The notes under the pieces: model-generated
Seen by the model: only the letters and a program-made list of their open reading frames with translations
The model's database searches: none
Told to the model about the DNA's origin: nothing
Shown: piece by piece, positions 45,180 to 55,590 of the stretch
Position numbering within the stretch: the stretch's first letter is position 1
Layout: every line of letters starts with the position of its first letter
From: a virus
Length of the DNA stretch: 64,000 bases
IMG/VR virus record: IMGVR_UViG_3300028393_000021
Reading direction: 5' to 3' (one strand)
Made by a program: the position numbers and the translations under genes

Positions 45180-46766
45180 TTAGTAATTTGAAATATAGAT
45201 TGGCATGGGCATAAGGAATTCATCTTCGCGTTCTTCTCGCATTTTATCATAAATTGCAGGATCCCATTCTTGCAGCACTAACGCCATACGTATAGCTAAT
45301 AACATGCCACTAACTAGATCGTCATGTGCGCCTACTTTTGCTTCAAAACTAGTGCCTTTTGCAATAAATGTCTTGAGTTCGCTAATTAAAGGTTTAGAAT
45401 GTATACGCATTCTATTGCTTTCTACCATGTGCTTTAGTTTGGCACATGCGTTAATTTTGCTAGAGTTAGTAGTGTTAAACCCTTTGCGGAAACGTCGAAC
45501 ATGTCCTTTTTTGATTGGTTCACTTAAAAATAATCCAGGGATGCTTTCTTCGCCAATTTCCTCAATAGACACTAATGCTGCTTCACCTATTGAATTATTT
45601 TCAACGCTATAGTATATACTGGATTGTACACCTTTTGCTGCACATTCGTCGTTGATAAAATTACATAAATCTCGCAAAATTCTCACTTGACCCTGTACAG
45701 TGGTTAGATTATGTTGCCATTCTGCAACTTGTTCCATGCTTGGAATTTCAATAATTTGTATAGCAGCAGGATCACCTCCTGTGCCCAAGCTAGGATCTAA
45801 TGCTACTAGATATGTATTCATTGGATCAATTTTCTTATACCAACGGGTTTGTCCCATTAACACTTTGGGTTCATCTCCTGTCATTGCAGCTAGTGTGATA
45901 CTGTTAATCAATGTTTCGTCAAATATTAAGAATTCACAATCATGCTCGCGCCTAAAGCGTTCTTCCCCAATACGACTACGTTCGGTGTTTGCCCATTTTT
46001 CATCTCGCTCTGGATGCTCGCTCCAAAATGCTCTAAATGGAAAGAATCCATTTTTACCTACATCTGTATCATTACCAAATTCATCAAATCTATAATTAGC
46101 TTCTTTCCAAATTTGTGCAAATTGGTCTTCATCACTATTAGGAGTACTGGTGATAATAGCTTTACCACCAGTTGCCAGTGTGGGCGAAATACTGGTCCAG
46201 AATTCAGTGGCAATGTTTGGCTCAACAAATGCAAACTCGTCTGCGTATAACAGTGATAATGACATACCACGGCCTGTTGTCGGTGTGGTAGTCTGTGCTA
46301 CTATACGACTACCATTATCAAATTCTATACTTTGTTTATTATAGCTAGTTACTCCGCATCTAATATGATTGGCACATAATTCGTATGCATATCGAACACG
46401 TTGCATAATTTCTTGAGCACCTGTGTATTTGTGTGCCGCTACAAGAATAGTACTATCAGGTACAAACATTGCATACCATAATAAATATCCTGCTGCGGTA
46501 GTTGTCTTTCCTGTCTGTCTTGGTAATAAATTTACATTGAATCTATGATTATGATAACTGTCAATTAATCTACGTTGATACTCAAACGCCACATACTTTA
46601 GTTTTCCTTTAACAGGATGTTGAATAAAGAAAAAATTGTCAAGAAAGTAGTGAGGCCCGGTAATACTATCCGTGCATTTTAACAAATCTTCAATATCTTT
46701 CTCAGTATACTTTTGTGTAATATGAGCAGTTTTGACTAATTTGTTATCAAGGGTTTTGTTTACCAT
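45180..46766 (-). CDS. gp17: Terminase large subunit
   Basis: LLPRQTGKTT; LYADEFAF; ITSTPN; ALDPSLG; HDDLV. Confidence 0.95.
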   Translation of the reverse strand: MVNKTLDNKLVKTAHITQKYTEKDIEDLLKCTDSITGPHYFLDNFFFIQHPVKGKLKYVAFEYQRRLIDSYHNHRFNVNLLPRQTGKTTTAAGYLLWYAMFVPDSTILVAAHKYTGAQEIMQRVRYAYELCANHIRCGVTSYNKQSIEFDNGSRIVAQTTTPTTGRGMSLSLLYADEFAFVEPNIATEFWTSISPTLATGGKAIITSTPNSDEDQFAQIWKEANYRFDEFGNDTDVGKNGFFPFRAFWSEHPERDEKWANTERSRIGEERFRREHDCEFLIFDETLINSITLAAMTGDEPKVLMGQTRWYKKIDPMNTYLVALDPSLGTGGDPAAIQIIEIPSMEQVAEWQHNLTTVQGQVRILRDLCNFINDECAAKGVQSSIYYSVENNSIGEAALVSIEEIGEESIPGLFLSEPIKKGHVRRFRKGFNTTNSSKINACAKLKHMVESNRMRIHSKPLISELKTFIAKGTSFEAKVGAHDDLVSGMLLAIRMALVLQEWDPAIYDKMREEREDEFLMPMPIYISNY

Positions 46767-46780
46767 ACTGTTATTTAATG

Positions 46781-46808
46781 AAAAAAATAGCCTCCGAAGA
46801 GGCTATTT
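46781..46808 (-). terminator. Intrinsic terminator
   Basis: aaatagcctc-cgaa-gaggctattt with A run on +. Confidence 0.75.
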
Positions 46809-46823
46809 GGATTACCTTTAAGA

Positions 46824-47573
46824 TCACTTACGACCTGCGGCTGCTTTTCTTTCCATTTCTTTTTTACCGTATTTGTCACGACCAATTTTAGCGGCTAGCC
46901 CAGCTGGGTTAGTGACGCCTTTTTGATGGCTCAATGTTTTTTCTAAATTTTTAAATTTAGATTCTTCAACAAATTCTTTATATTCAGCCATTAGTCTATC
47001 TTCTGTAGAGAATGATTTCGGCATGTTACCGTCCATTCTGTCTCCAGCATCAGCAGGTCCAGACTGATCATGATTTTGTATGCCGCTATCAACCATTGCA
47101 TCTTTAGAGGAAGGAGGAACATTTGTTGGGTTATCTCCACTATTACTGTACATTCTTTCTTCGTCGGTTTCTCTTTCATCACCCATACCGTGACTGTCGT
47201 CGCCGTGATCATCAGTATTCATTGGATTTAATTTGTCAATCATGGACCGCATATCAGTGGTTGAATCACCGGGTTCATTAACTGGTTCTAGTGCTAGAAC
47301 TTCGCCGTCCGGTGGCTCGTTACCCATTGGTTCTTCTTGACCATATTGTTTAACACCAGCAAGTTGCATGATAGTAGCCAGCATGTTGCTAAGTTCTTCA
47401 CCGCTACCTGCTGTCATATTAATACTAGCTGGCATTGGAGGACGCTCAGACATGCTGCCCATCATACCCATTTCGGGCATAATACCACATTCTTCTACTT
47501 GTTGATTTTCTCTTAGAGTAGGGCTGCGGCTATCTAGTTCAGCTAACCGTTTCATTACGTCGATCATTTCCAT
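46824..47573 (-). CDS. Hypothetical acidic/Met-rich protein, probable internal head protein
   Basis: 249 aa low complexity with a basic C-terminal motif. Confidence 0.55.
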   Translation of the reverse strand: MEMIDVMKRLAELDSRSPTLRENQQVEECGIMPEMGMMGSMSERPPMPASINMTAGSGEELSNMLATIMQLAGVKQYGQEEPMGNEPPDGEVLALEPVNEPGDSTTDMRSMIDKLNPMNTDDHGDDSHGMGDERETDEERMYSNSGDNPTNVPPSSKDAMVDSGIQNHDQSGPADAGDRMDGNMPKSFSTEDRLMAEYKEFVEESKFKNLEKTLSHQKGVTNPAGLAAKIGRDKYGKKEMERKAAAGRK

Positions 47574-47574
47574 A

Positions 47575-48189
47575 TTATTTGTTCCTTCTTATGTCTGGGC
47601 CATTAAATTTTAAAAGGCTTGTTGTATTTGCTTCGGTGTCAGTGTTGAATTTAGCAACACCTTCAGTAGCAGTAGGGATTACTTCGCCACGTTCTTTTCT
47701 TTGTAGTTTAAGAATATCATTTAGTTCTTTAACAAATCCTGTATTATATTTGTCACCATAGTAATCTTCAAATTGAGGACTACCGGCTTCGGCATAAGTA
47801 GGATCATCTAATAACGCACCAGTACGAGGATTTGCTTCAACATGTTGATATTCTTCGCTAGGCTCATTAGGGCTACGGACTACTAAATTTTGTTTGTTTA
47901 CACCTAATTCAGCTGATAGATATTCAGTTAACTCATATTGTGTTGTTGGGTAATCTAAGGTAACTTCGTAAATACTAACTTCGCAATTTTTTACTTGTGG
48001 AAAATCCAAAGGTACTGATTGAATAGGAGTCATCGACTTTTTCAAATTAACCACTTCATTAGCAATAGTATATCGCCCTAAAAGTTGCTTCATTGAATTT
48101 TCTTTATCAGCACTAAAATCTCCAGCAATTTTAATACGGAAATCGTACTTTTTTACAGATTCGGTTAGATGTTGTTTAAATGATTTCAT
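47575..48189 (-). CDS. Hypothetical protein (late gene)
   Basis: MKSFKQHLTES start; ATAAATA upstream. Confidence 0.65.
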   Translation of the reverse strand: MKSFKQHLTESVKKYDFRIKIAGDFSADKENSMKQLLGRYTIANEVVNLKKSMTPIQSVPLDFPQVKNCEVSIYEVTLDYPTTQYELTEYLSAELGVNKQNLVVRSPNEPSEEYQHVEANPRTGALLDDPTYAEAGSPQFEDYYGDKYNTGFVKELNDILKLQRKERGEVIPTATEGVAKFNTDTEANTTSLLKFNGPDIRRNK

Positions 48190-48195
48190 AATGTA

Positions 48196-48678
48196 TTATT
48201 TATCCATATTTTTTAATTTTTGCAGTATACTATTTCGATCTGTTACTATATATCCTTCGCCATCAATGGTTCCACCATCCCCGTTAGGATTATGTTTTTT
48301 ATCAATTGCTAACTTTTTAATTTGTAAATCGATCATTTTTAATTTCTTATCGATTTTGTTAGTTTTTGCAGTAATAGCAGCATTCATCATTTGAGCTGCT
48401 ACTTCAAACATACGGGATCCGTATCTTGCCTCTACATTCATGCCTAAATCCATTAAATCATCGTAGGCTGCTTCTGCCTTGGCGGCTAATGCATCTAATT
48501 CGCTATCAGCCATATCACCTAACCCGACTACTCGGGGTAATGCTGCTGAAATTTTATCAAGTTCTTCAAGTTTGTCCTGTAAATTAATTGTAGGGACCGG
48601 AGTAGCATCTACAGATTCTGCATTAATTATTTCCTCTGTAGATTCAATGTTTAATAAATCTTCTAATTTTTTCGTCAT
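48196..48678 (-). CDS. Hypothetical helical protein, possible small terminase
   Basis: Likely start MTKKLEDLL; coiled-coil; position between gp4 and gp17. Confidence 0.4.
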   Translation of the reverse strand: MTKKLEDLLNIESTEEIINAESVDATPVPTINLQDKLEELDKISAALPRVVGLGDMADSELDALAAKAEAAYDDLMDLGMNVEARYGSRMFEVAAQMMNAAITAKTNKIDKKLKMIDLQIKKLAIDKKHNPNGDGGTIDGEGYIVTDRNSILQKLKNMDK

Positions 48679-48682
48679 AATC

Positions 48683-49129
48683 TTACTTATTCCGTTTTCC
48701 AGGATTATGGAAAATATCTCCCTCGTTAATGATTCTAAACTTAATACCTTTTTGACTGCACCATTTAGCCGCCGAGGCCCATTTAGCTTGATTTTTAACA
48801 AACTGTGCTTGATTATATGGATTTTTACCCACTTTTTCTTTTAATGTTTGATTAGCAGGTTTTATTTCTATTACTTCAACATGAGTTTTCATAGTCTTGT
48901 CAATATAAGAAATTAAGAAGTCCGGAACATACACAGTAGATTTACCAGTTAATGGATCTCTATATGGAATTTTTATACTTTCACTAGCCCATTGTTGTAC
49001 TGATGGATTGTTATCACAGAACAGCATAAACGTATATTCCCAAGAACTTCTATATCTAGGCAATCCGTGCCCTATATATTTTTCAGGGTTTTTTACACTA
49101 TATACACCCTGACTAAATTTTAAACTCAT
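48683..49129 (-). CDS. gp4: Head completion nuclease (T4 gp4-like)
   Basis: YRSSWE; WASE; YVPDF; IEIKP. Confidence 0.88.
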   Translation of the reverse strand: MSLKFSQGVYSVKNPEKYIGHGLPRYRSSWEYTFMLFCDNNPSVQQWASESIKIPYRDPLTGKSTVYVPDFLISYIDKTMKTHVEVIEIKPANQTLKEKVGKNPYNQAQFVKNQAKWASAAKWCSQKGIKFRIINEGDIFHNPGKRNK

Positions 49130-49497
49130 AGCGGAAGTATAATTCTAGAGATTTCAGGATTTATGTCTGCGGTATGTGCATATCCAAGATTACTGGTCTT
49201 AAATCTATTGTAATTTAAAATTTCAGATACTAACCCTGACAATTGAACATCATCTAGGCCCTTTAATGTATCTAAGATTTGCATAGGGTTGTACCCGTCG
49301 GATTTAGCTTGACGAATAATAGTAATAGCAATTGATTCAGCCGCTACTTCACCAAACGATCTATGGGTAAAATATCCCTTCATTGCTGCTAATACTGAAG
49401 CATTTATTTCAAGTGGTAATGAATAGTATGCATCAAATGCTTGTACAGTCTTTTCTTTAACACTGTCAACTGGTAGGTTTGAATAATTTTGGTTCAT
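49126..49497 (-). CDS. Hypothetical protein
   Basis: 123-aa ORF. Confidence 0.65.
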   Translation of the reverse strand: MNQNYSNLPVDSVKEKTVQAFDAYYSLPLEINASVLAAMKGYFTHRSFGEVAAESIAITIIRQAKSDGYNPMQILDTLKGLDDVQLSGLVSEILNYNRFKTSNLGYAHTADINPEISRIILPL

Positions 49498-49499
49498 AT

Positions 49500-50681
49500 T
49501 TAATTTCTAGGAGGAAATATAAGTGCTGCTGGATTTGCTCTAATAGTTCCATTAACACCTGTGTTAAATGCTTTAAAAATATTAATGCCAACCCCGCCCG
49601 GTAATGTAAATATTCCTGTTTGGTTTTCTGTATTTGGTGGGGACGCATATTTTCCCGGGGAAGTTTTTGTAACTGAACCTAATACTCCGCTAGCAATATT
49701 ATATGTGTCGGCTTTCTGTCTAGTGATGCCATTGACATTAACATAATTTTTAGCAAGTATAGATACAATATCTAGTAATGCATTACTACTTTGATTACTT
49801 CCGCCAATTTTTCCATAGGCGCGAGCCCTTTCTCTTTTATCAAATGGAGAATACGGTTTTACTGCATTAGGAAATACTCGTTGCGTACCATTTGGCGGAC
49901 GGAGGCCCGTATTAGTTGTGACATAGGCTGAACTGTTTTGATAATTTCCTCCAATTTGGAGAGGACTAGGATCCTTGTCGTAAAATATATCACTAAATCC
50001 TTGAGATGCAGGGTTATCTTGAATTGTTCCGTAGTTATATATTACGCTTTCATAAGCAACGGTCATTCTATTTTGTTGAATTTTATTGCCTTCTGCTTGA
50101 TTTAAGTTATCATGTTGCCACTCTGAAATTTTAGGATTTACTAAAGTAATTTGCGTATAATTTTGTTGATGTAATGTATATATATCTATTGAATTAAAAA
50201 ACGGAATACCAACTCCTGCATTATATATTCCGTATGTATTATCTACATCACTATATTTTGTATTTTCAAAGGCCCCATTTATTGCAGATGCTTCATCTGC
50301 AAAATAATAATCGTAATAATTCATCCATAGTTTATTGATTATATCATTGTTATCATCATGAAATTCAACATTAACAGGAGTATATGTTAGTTTGGTTGAT
50401 ACTACTGTTTTTCTATTATATTGATTTAATGTTTCATTAATAACTGTAAATTTTGGAAGGTCTATTTTTTTAACCAGTAATCCTAGGTTGCGTATATGTT
50501 TTTCCTTCCAATCACCGTCCGGAATTGCGTTCGGATTCATATTAAAAACTATATAATATAAAAATCCAACTTTAGGAGCATAGCCATAATTATTATCTAC
50601 GTATAATCGACTAGCATGTTGGTAGTCTTTTAAAATGGTCGGTCCGGTCCGTCCCAGATATTGATTTAATTTATTTGCCAT
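49500..50681 (-). CDS. Tail tube-fold protein (baseplate tube initiator, gp54/gp48-like)
   Basis: VKKIDLPKF...VEFHDD...MTVAYE tube-fold pattern; adjacent to tube gene. Confidence 0.6.
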   Translation of the reverse strand: MANKLNQYLGRTGPTILKDYQHASRLYVDNNYGYAPKVGFLYYIVFNMNPNAIPDGDWKEKHIRNLGLLVKKIDLPKFTVINETLNQYNRKTVVSTKLTYTPVNVEFHDDNNDIINKLWMNYYDYYFADEASAINGAFENTKYSDVDNTYGIYNAGVGIPFFNSIDIYTLHQQNYTQITLVNPKISEWQHDNLNQAEGNKIQQNRMTVAYESVIYNYGTIQDNPASQGFSDIFYDKDPSPLQIGGNYQNSSAYVTTNTGLRPPNGTQRVFPNAVKPYSPFDKRERARAYGKIGGSNQSSNALLDIVSILAKNYVNVNGITRQKADTYNIASGVLGSVTKTSPGKYASPPNTENQTGIFTLPGGVGINIFKAFNTGVNGTIRANPAALIFPPRN

Positions 50682-50700
50682 AGTAATATTTAGTCAAATA

Positions 50701-50728
50701 AAAAGCTCAGGTTTTAGGCTGAGCTTTT
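50701..50728 (-). terminator. Intrinsic terminator after tail tube gene
   Basis: aaaagctcag-gttttagg-ctgagctttt. Confidence 0.8.
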
Positions 50729-50746
50729 TAATTGTTAAGTTAAAGA

Positions 50747-51397
50747 TTAACCTGTACTTAACCCCTGTGCGCCATATGGACGTACAACTCTACCCACGTC
50801 TAGACCAATTCCGCTAGCTGCGCCGCCGGGTCCTTCTAATTGAATTGCGTTATCATATGTAATAGTCAATGCAATATCCATTGGATTAGTTGCATCGGCA
50901 TAATCACCGCCTTGATACACTGCTTGTTTAATATAGCATCCCAAGAATTCAAAACTTTCAAGTGTAACTGGTTCAAATGCACCATTGCCACCGTCAAGTA
51001 TCTCAACTCTCATTCTAAATTTATAATCAATACCAGATGCTGCACCACTTTGTTCAAAAAAGTCAAACTGTTTCTGCATTTGCTCGCCAACTTTGCGGCT
51101 AACAATACCAGATGCATCATCACGCACTGTTAGCTTGGCATCTTGAAAACTATGCTTACCTAGAATTTTAACTGTACTGTTGTATACAGGAAGTTTAATC
51201 TCATCAAATGAAATGTCAGGACGGCTAACATTCATAACCTGTTTTGTTAACTCTGTAGACGGAGTACCTGCCACACCAAAGCTATCTAAAGTAACTCTAA
51301 AACGAAACTTTAATTTTGGCATCAACAGGCCCTGTGAGCCTGCTGCTTGACTGCCTGAAATTGGTACTGTAAATCTACTTAAACTTGCGATTGGCAT
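50747..51397 (-). CDS. gp19: Tail tube protein
   Basis: FRFRVT; RPDISF; LTITYD; directly downstream of sheath. Confidence 0.85.
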   Translation of the reverse strand: MPIASLSRFTVPISGSQAAGSQGLLMPKLKFRFRVTLDSFGVAGTPSTELTKQVMNVSRPDISFDEIKLPVYNSTVKILGKHSFQDAKLTVRDDASGIVSRKVGEQMQKQFDFFEQSGAASGIDYKFRMRVEILDGGNGAFEPVTLESFEFLGCYIKQAVYQGGDYADATNPMDIALTITYDNAIQLEGPGGAASGIGLDVGRVVRPYGAQGLSTG

Positions 51398-51429
51398 ATA
51401 AATGCTCCTTATTCTTTATTATTTACCTA

Positions 51430-54420
51430 TTATTTGCCTGCTGCAATTTCACCAGTATTTTTCAATCTTAGTGGAATATATATAAATTCAACAGCTTTGA
51501 CCGGTTCAATGGCAATATCAAGATATAACTCATTACGATCAATCCTTGCAGGAGTATTATTAGTTGTATCACAGACAACTACAAAATCATACAAACCGCG
51601 TTGTCCCACTAACTCAAGCATTAAACTCTCAGCCGCTGCTTTGATTTCTCTACGTGTTTGTACATCATTGGGTTCAAACAAATATGGTCTTGCAAGAACA
51701 TCTAGTTGTTTACGTAAGTAGCAAACTAATCTTGCGACATTAATCCTATCTAATGAACTTGCATTCTTAGCACGAGTGCGTTGTCCGTAGGCTACAATTC
51801 CTACTCCTGTTAATGTTGCAATTGGGTTAATTGCAACTGCAGGATCTTGCAACACATCGCGCAATGCTTGATGTAGTGCAGTAGCTTTGAATTCGCCTTC
51901 ATTAGTAATATAACCAACTGATGTAGCATTATCTACTCCACCGCGACGTGTTCCTGCCGGAGCAAACCACGGGTAGCTTTTTGCATCGCTGTTAATGATA
52001 GTACGCAACATCATATGGCTCGGTGGTACAACAATTTTATTACCTGTATTATCTGTAGTGTATCCACTTGGATAATACATGGCCATGTATTCATCATACG
52101 AAACTGCGCCAACATCATCGTTGTCTAATGCCATATTAGTATTTAGGCCCCATTCTCTCAATGCTGTTCCAGTTGGTGCTAGTCTAAACGGTGTGTCACC
52201 TAATACAAAAGCAGTAATACCTCGATCAGTATTAAATGCTACCATATTAGCAATAGCTTCTGGATATCCAGGGCAAGCAATTAAGTTAAACCCTAGCGTA
52301 TCTGTATCACGAATTGCACTGTTAGTGTCAATTAATTCTTTCAATGCATTAACTACTTGTGCTCGTTGTGCTGATCTTCCAAATTGTGGGCCGCCATCTG
52401 CTGCTGTTGGATATTGTGAAACCCAACGATCGGTATAGTATCCAGACATTACTGCATTACTTTGTCTTGCGTTTTGTGCATTAGTATTAATATATCCTTG
52501 AACATATTTCTTAATGTTAAAACCACTACGGCGAGTATTCCATAAACGCATACCTTTTGGATATAGCGCAGGATCAGGAGCATCCGGATCTAAGTAATTA
52601 GATATTAGTAATTTTTGTGTAGAATCAGGATTGACGTTGTTACCAGCACCGCTCCAACGAGCATCAGCAAATAGCCATCCGCTAGGTGTCGATTGATCAG
52701 TAGTGTCCTGTTTAACCCAGCGTTTACCAATAGCTAATGTAGAATTATAAACATAGATATTTCTACCATACATGTCTATATCGCTGGTGTCAATCCAAAT
52801 ATCACCTGTTACCAATGCGGTACCGTCGCTTTGACCTGTTGCATCATCTGGTATAGTTGCACTAACAATAGGACCATTAGGGTCACATGTAGTAAAACTA
52901 GTATTATATCCTACCCATGTAGTACCGTTGTGATATAAAATATCAACTTCATCTACTACGCTGCTATACCATAACGTACCGTCTGCAGGAGTAGTATATG
53001 GTGCCATACTAGAAGCTTCATATGCTAAAGGTTTCCAATTTGTTGCAATAAATGCAAATGCGGTTGACCCAGTATAATAGTCACCCGTTGGTGCAGTATA
53101 AAGATTTGCAGTACCAGTTAATGTCGAAACATTATATGCAGTAAATCCCATTAACGCCAATGGAGTATTTGTATTATCAAACAATTCAATTTGGCCGCCT
53201 GCAGAATGAGTCATTGTTAATACGTTAGTATTTGCATCCCATGTTGCACTTATATATACTAGCCCTTGTGCTGCTAAAGCTGCGGGAATCAACGAACCCA
53301 AGGTTGTATTGGTATTTGCAGTATTAATTGTAACTGCTTTAGTAGTTCCCCATACGTTGGTTAAATTACTTTCTCTAATATTGAACGTATAATTAGTTCC
53401 TGAAGTAGCAATAGTAGCGGTTGATAAACCCGTAATAGTAGTTGCGCCAGCTGATGCTTTCCTCCACAGTTTAAAATTAGCTGTATCTAGTGAAGTGTGA
53501 TTAGGATTTAGTTCAATGAACAGTGTACCTGGAAGAATAGCTTTTCCACCAGTTGAATCAAGCGTGTACGATGCAGTCCTAACGCTATCATATATGGGTG
53601 CAGTTACACTAACCCATGATTGACTTGCACTATTAAATAATTTTACTTTCCAATTTGCACCAGCAGCTGGAGTAGTGGTTATTATCCAAACACTACCTGT
53701 CGGTGTAAGATTTGTATACGTAGGGTAACTAAAATGTGGGCTTATAGTAACTAGTTTGTCAGAATTTGCACCAAAATTGTCTTGTACTATACTCCATACT
53801 GTTGCTGATTGCTTGTAGTATAATTGGTTACTATTGGCATTAGTAACAACTATGCAATAATCGCCTTGTATACCAATTGACGCAGCAGGAGCACTGCCAT
53901 TAAAACTATTGGCAGGAGAAGTGTCATCTAACACAATTGGAGTTTTAGAACTAAATGATACTGTAGAAGAATTCCATTCTTTAACACCATATACCGTAGC
54001 TGCGGTATCAACCCAATAGGTTCCACCTACCGGTGCTCCTTCTGGGGCTTCGCTTGTTGGAACAAGTTTTTTTAAATTTAAATCTGCACGTACTATATAA
54101 GCACGTGAACTTACACCTAACGAACTATATGCTGCTTGAAGCCCGTATTCGTTTAATTCATTACCATGTAATGGATTACTACTCTGATCTGTATAAAACG
54201 TTGGCGTACCAAATGTATCTGTTAGATCACGTTGGCTAGTAATTAACCAAACTTTGCCTGCATTAGCGGCGGTTGTTCCAAGGGCAACGGTACCGCTAGG
54301 ATTAATTTTATCTTGTGCTGATGCTACAAATATTAACGGCACCGTTCCTGGTGCAGACGGTGTATAAAAACTCTCGTCAATAACGGTTACTTGTACGCCT
54401 GGTGATTGCAATATTGCCAT
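51430..54420 (-). CDS. gp18: Contractile tail sheath protein
   Basis: LQSPGVQVTVIDES; PWFAPAG; LDRINVARL; EFIYIP; SD aggag. Confidence 0.95.
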   Translation of the reverse strand: MAILQSPGVQVTVIDESFYTPSAPGTVPLIFVASAQDKINPSGTVALGTTAANAGKVWLITSQRDLTDTFGTPTFYTDQSSNPLHGNELNEYGLQAAYSSLGVSSRAYIVRADLNLKKLVPTSEAPEGAPVGGTYWVDTAATVYGVKEWNSSTVSFSSKTPIVLDDTSPANSFNGSAPAASIGIQGDYCIVVTNANSNQLYYKQSATVWSIVQDNFGANSDKLVTISPHFSYPTYTNLTPTGSVWIITTTPAAGANWKVKLFNSASQSWVSVTAPIYDSVRTASYTLDSTGGKAILPGTLFIELNPNHTSLDTANFKLWRKASAGATTITGLSTATIATSGTNYTFNIRESNLTNVWGTTKAVTINTANTNTTLGSLIPAALAAQGLVYISATWDANTNVLTMTHSAGGQIELFDNTNTPLALMGFTAYNVSTLTGTANLYTAPTGDYYTGSTAFAFIATNWKPLAYEASSMAPYTTPADGTLWYSSVVDEVDILYHNGTTWVGYNTSFTTCDPNGPIVSATIPDDATGQSDGTALVTGDIWIDTSDIDMYGRNIYVYNSTLAIGKRWVKQDTTDQSTPSGWLFADARWSGAGNNVNPDSTQKLLISNYLDPDAPDPALYPKGMRLWNTRRSGFNIKKYVQGYINTNAQNARQSNAVMSGYYTDRWVSQYPTAADGGPQFGRSAQRAQVVNALKELIDTNSAIRDTDTLGFNLIACPGYPEAIANMVAFNTDRGITAFVLGDTPFRLAPTGTALREWGLNTNMALDNDDVGAVSYDEYMAMYYPSGYTTDNTGNKIVVPPSHMMLRTIINSDAKSYPWFAPAGTRRGGVDNATSVGYITNEGEFKATALHQALRDVLQDPAVAINPIATLTGVGIVAYGQRTRAKNASSLDRINVARLVCYLRKQLDVLARPYLFEPNDVQTRREIKAAAESLMLELVGQRGLYDFVVVCDTTNNTPARIDRNELYLDIAIEPVKAVEFIYIPLRLKNTGEIAAGK

Positions 54421-54518
54421 TCTACTGTCTCCTATATGGATTACTCAATATATTTAGCAGACTTGATAAAAAATTGCCGGTTGATAAATAGGAAAAAGGG
54501 AATCAAAAAGGGCGTACT

Positions 54519-54854
54519 ATGCGAAATTTATGTAAAATATGTAAAATAAGACCAGTTGCTATAAACTATTATAAAGAAGGAAAAACTTTTTATAGATCAA
54601 AGTGTGACCACTGCGCCAGTCAACGTAAGGAAGGAATCCCATTGTGGAGTAAATCAGGTTACAAAAAGAAAAACACATGTGACAAGTGTGGTTATACTTC
54701 TAAATACTTAGAACAATTTAATGTGTTCTATGTTGACGGTAACCCTGTTAACTGTAGATATGCAAATTTAAAAACCGTATGCGCTAATTGCCAATGCATT
54801 TTATATAAATTAAAACTACCCTGGAAGCAAGGTGACCTAACTCCGGATTTTTAA
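54519..54854 (+). CDS. Zn-finger/HNH-like protein
   Basis: CKIC, CDHC, CDKCG, N..TVCANC. Confidence 0.6.
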   Translation: MRNLCKICKIRPVAINYYKEGKTFYRSKCDHCASQRKEGIPLWSKSGYKKKNTCDKCGYTSKYLEQFNVFYVDGNPVNCRYANLKTVCANCQCILYKLKLPWKQGDLTPDF

Positions 54855-55525
54855 AGTAAATCAAGAGCAATTCGTGTGGAAAATGGCAACTCTATACTAG
54901 GCGATAATATCTCGTTGAGTTGCTGGCATAATATATCTATAGTTGAATTATTAAGTACAACATAATCGATATCTTCGCCAACCCAAGCAGTTTCACTTGC
55001 ATGTATGTTATTTTCTTTAAGCCAATTAATTGCCGAATTAACTCCCCGATTTGCTTGTATTGCAATATCATACCAATGAGGGTTAACTCCGCGTTCTACA
55101 CATATAATTGTGCCTCCTTGTTTTTTAATTGCTTTTATCTCATTAGGAAATCTTACATCACTAATGACAATATCATCGGTTGTGTTTCGAAGTTTATTTT
55201 CTACACTGGCAATCCATATATCATCATGAAATCCGTGTCTGCATACTTCTGTGCCCCAGTGTTGTAAAATCCAACGAGGGGTAAGAGTTGGCATGTTTAA
55301 ACGTTCTGCCCACCATGGATCAACTTGCTCACGCCATTCGCGAGCTTCTTTAGTTCGACCTTCTAGCAGAATTCTATCCCAACCAAATACTGCTGCTACA
55401 GCATCCTTTAGTGTGTTAGCAAAACTATCGCGCCTAAATTCGTGTGTATTGACCAAATAGTCTGCGGCTGTATCTTTTCCACTACCTATAAATCCCACAA
55501 ATCCAATTATTGTATTTTTAGACAT
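54851..55525 (-). CDS. gp1: Deoxynucleoside monophosphate kinase
   Basis: GFIGSGKDT; PRWILQHWGTE; ISDVRFPNE; HASE. Confidence 0.9.
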   Translation of the reverse strand: MSKNTIIGFVGFIGSGKDTAADYLVNTHEFRRDSFANTLKDAVAAVFGWDRILLEGRTKEAREWREQVDPWWAERLNMPTLTPRWILQHWGTEVCRHGFHDDIWIASVENKLRNTTDDIVISDVRFPNEIKAIKKQGGTIICVERGVNPHWYDIAIQANRGVNSAINWLKENNIHASETAWVGEDIDYVVLNNSTIDILCQQLNEILSPSIELPFSTRIALDLL

Positions 55526-55590
55526 TATATTACCCTAATTTTTACTATGATAACATATTTTTTTTATATTATCAACTATTTTTCTACCAT

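Noticed and set aside
51430-54420. Sheath protein much longer than T4 gp18 (996 aa): possible intein
   Set aside because: No Cys/Ser-start or His-Asn-end splicing motifs or LAGLIDADG blocks seen; extra beta-rich domains are common in sheaths of large phages.
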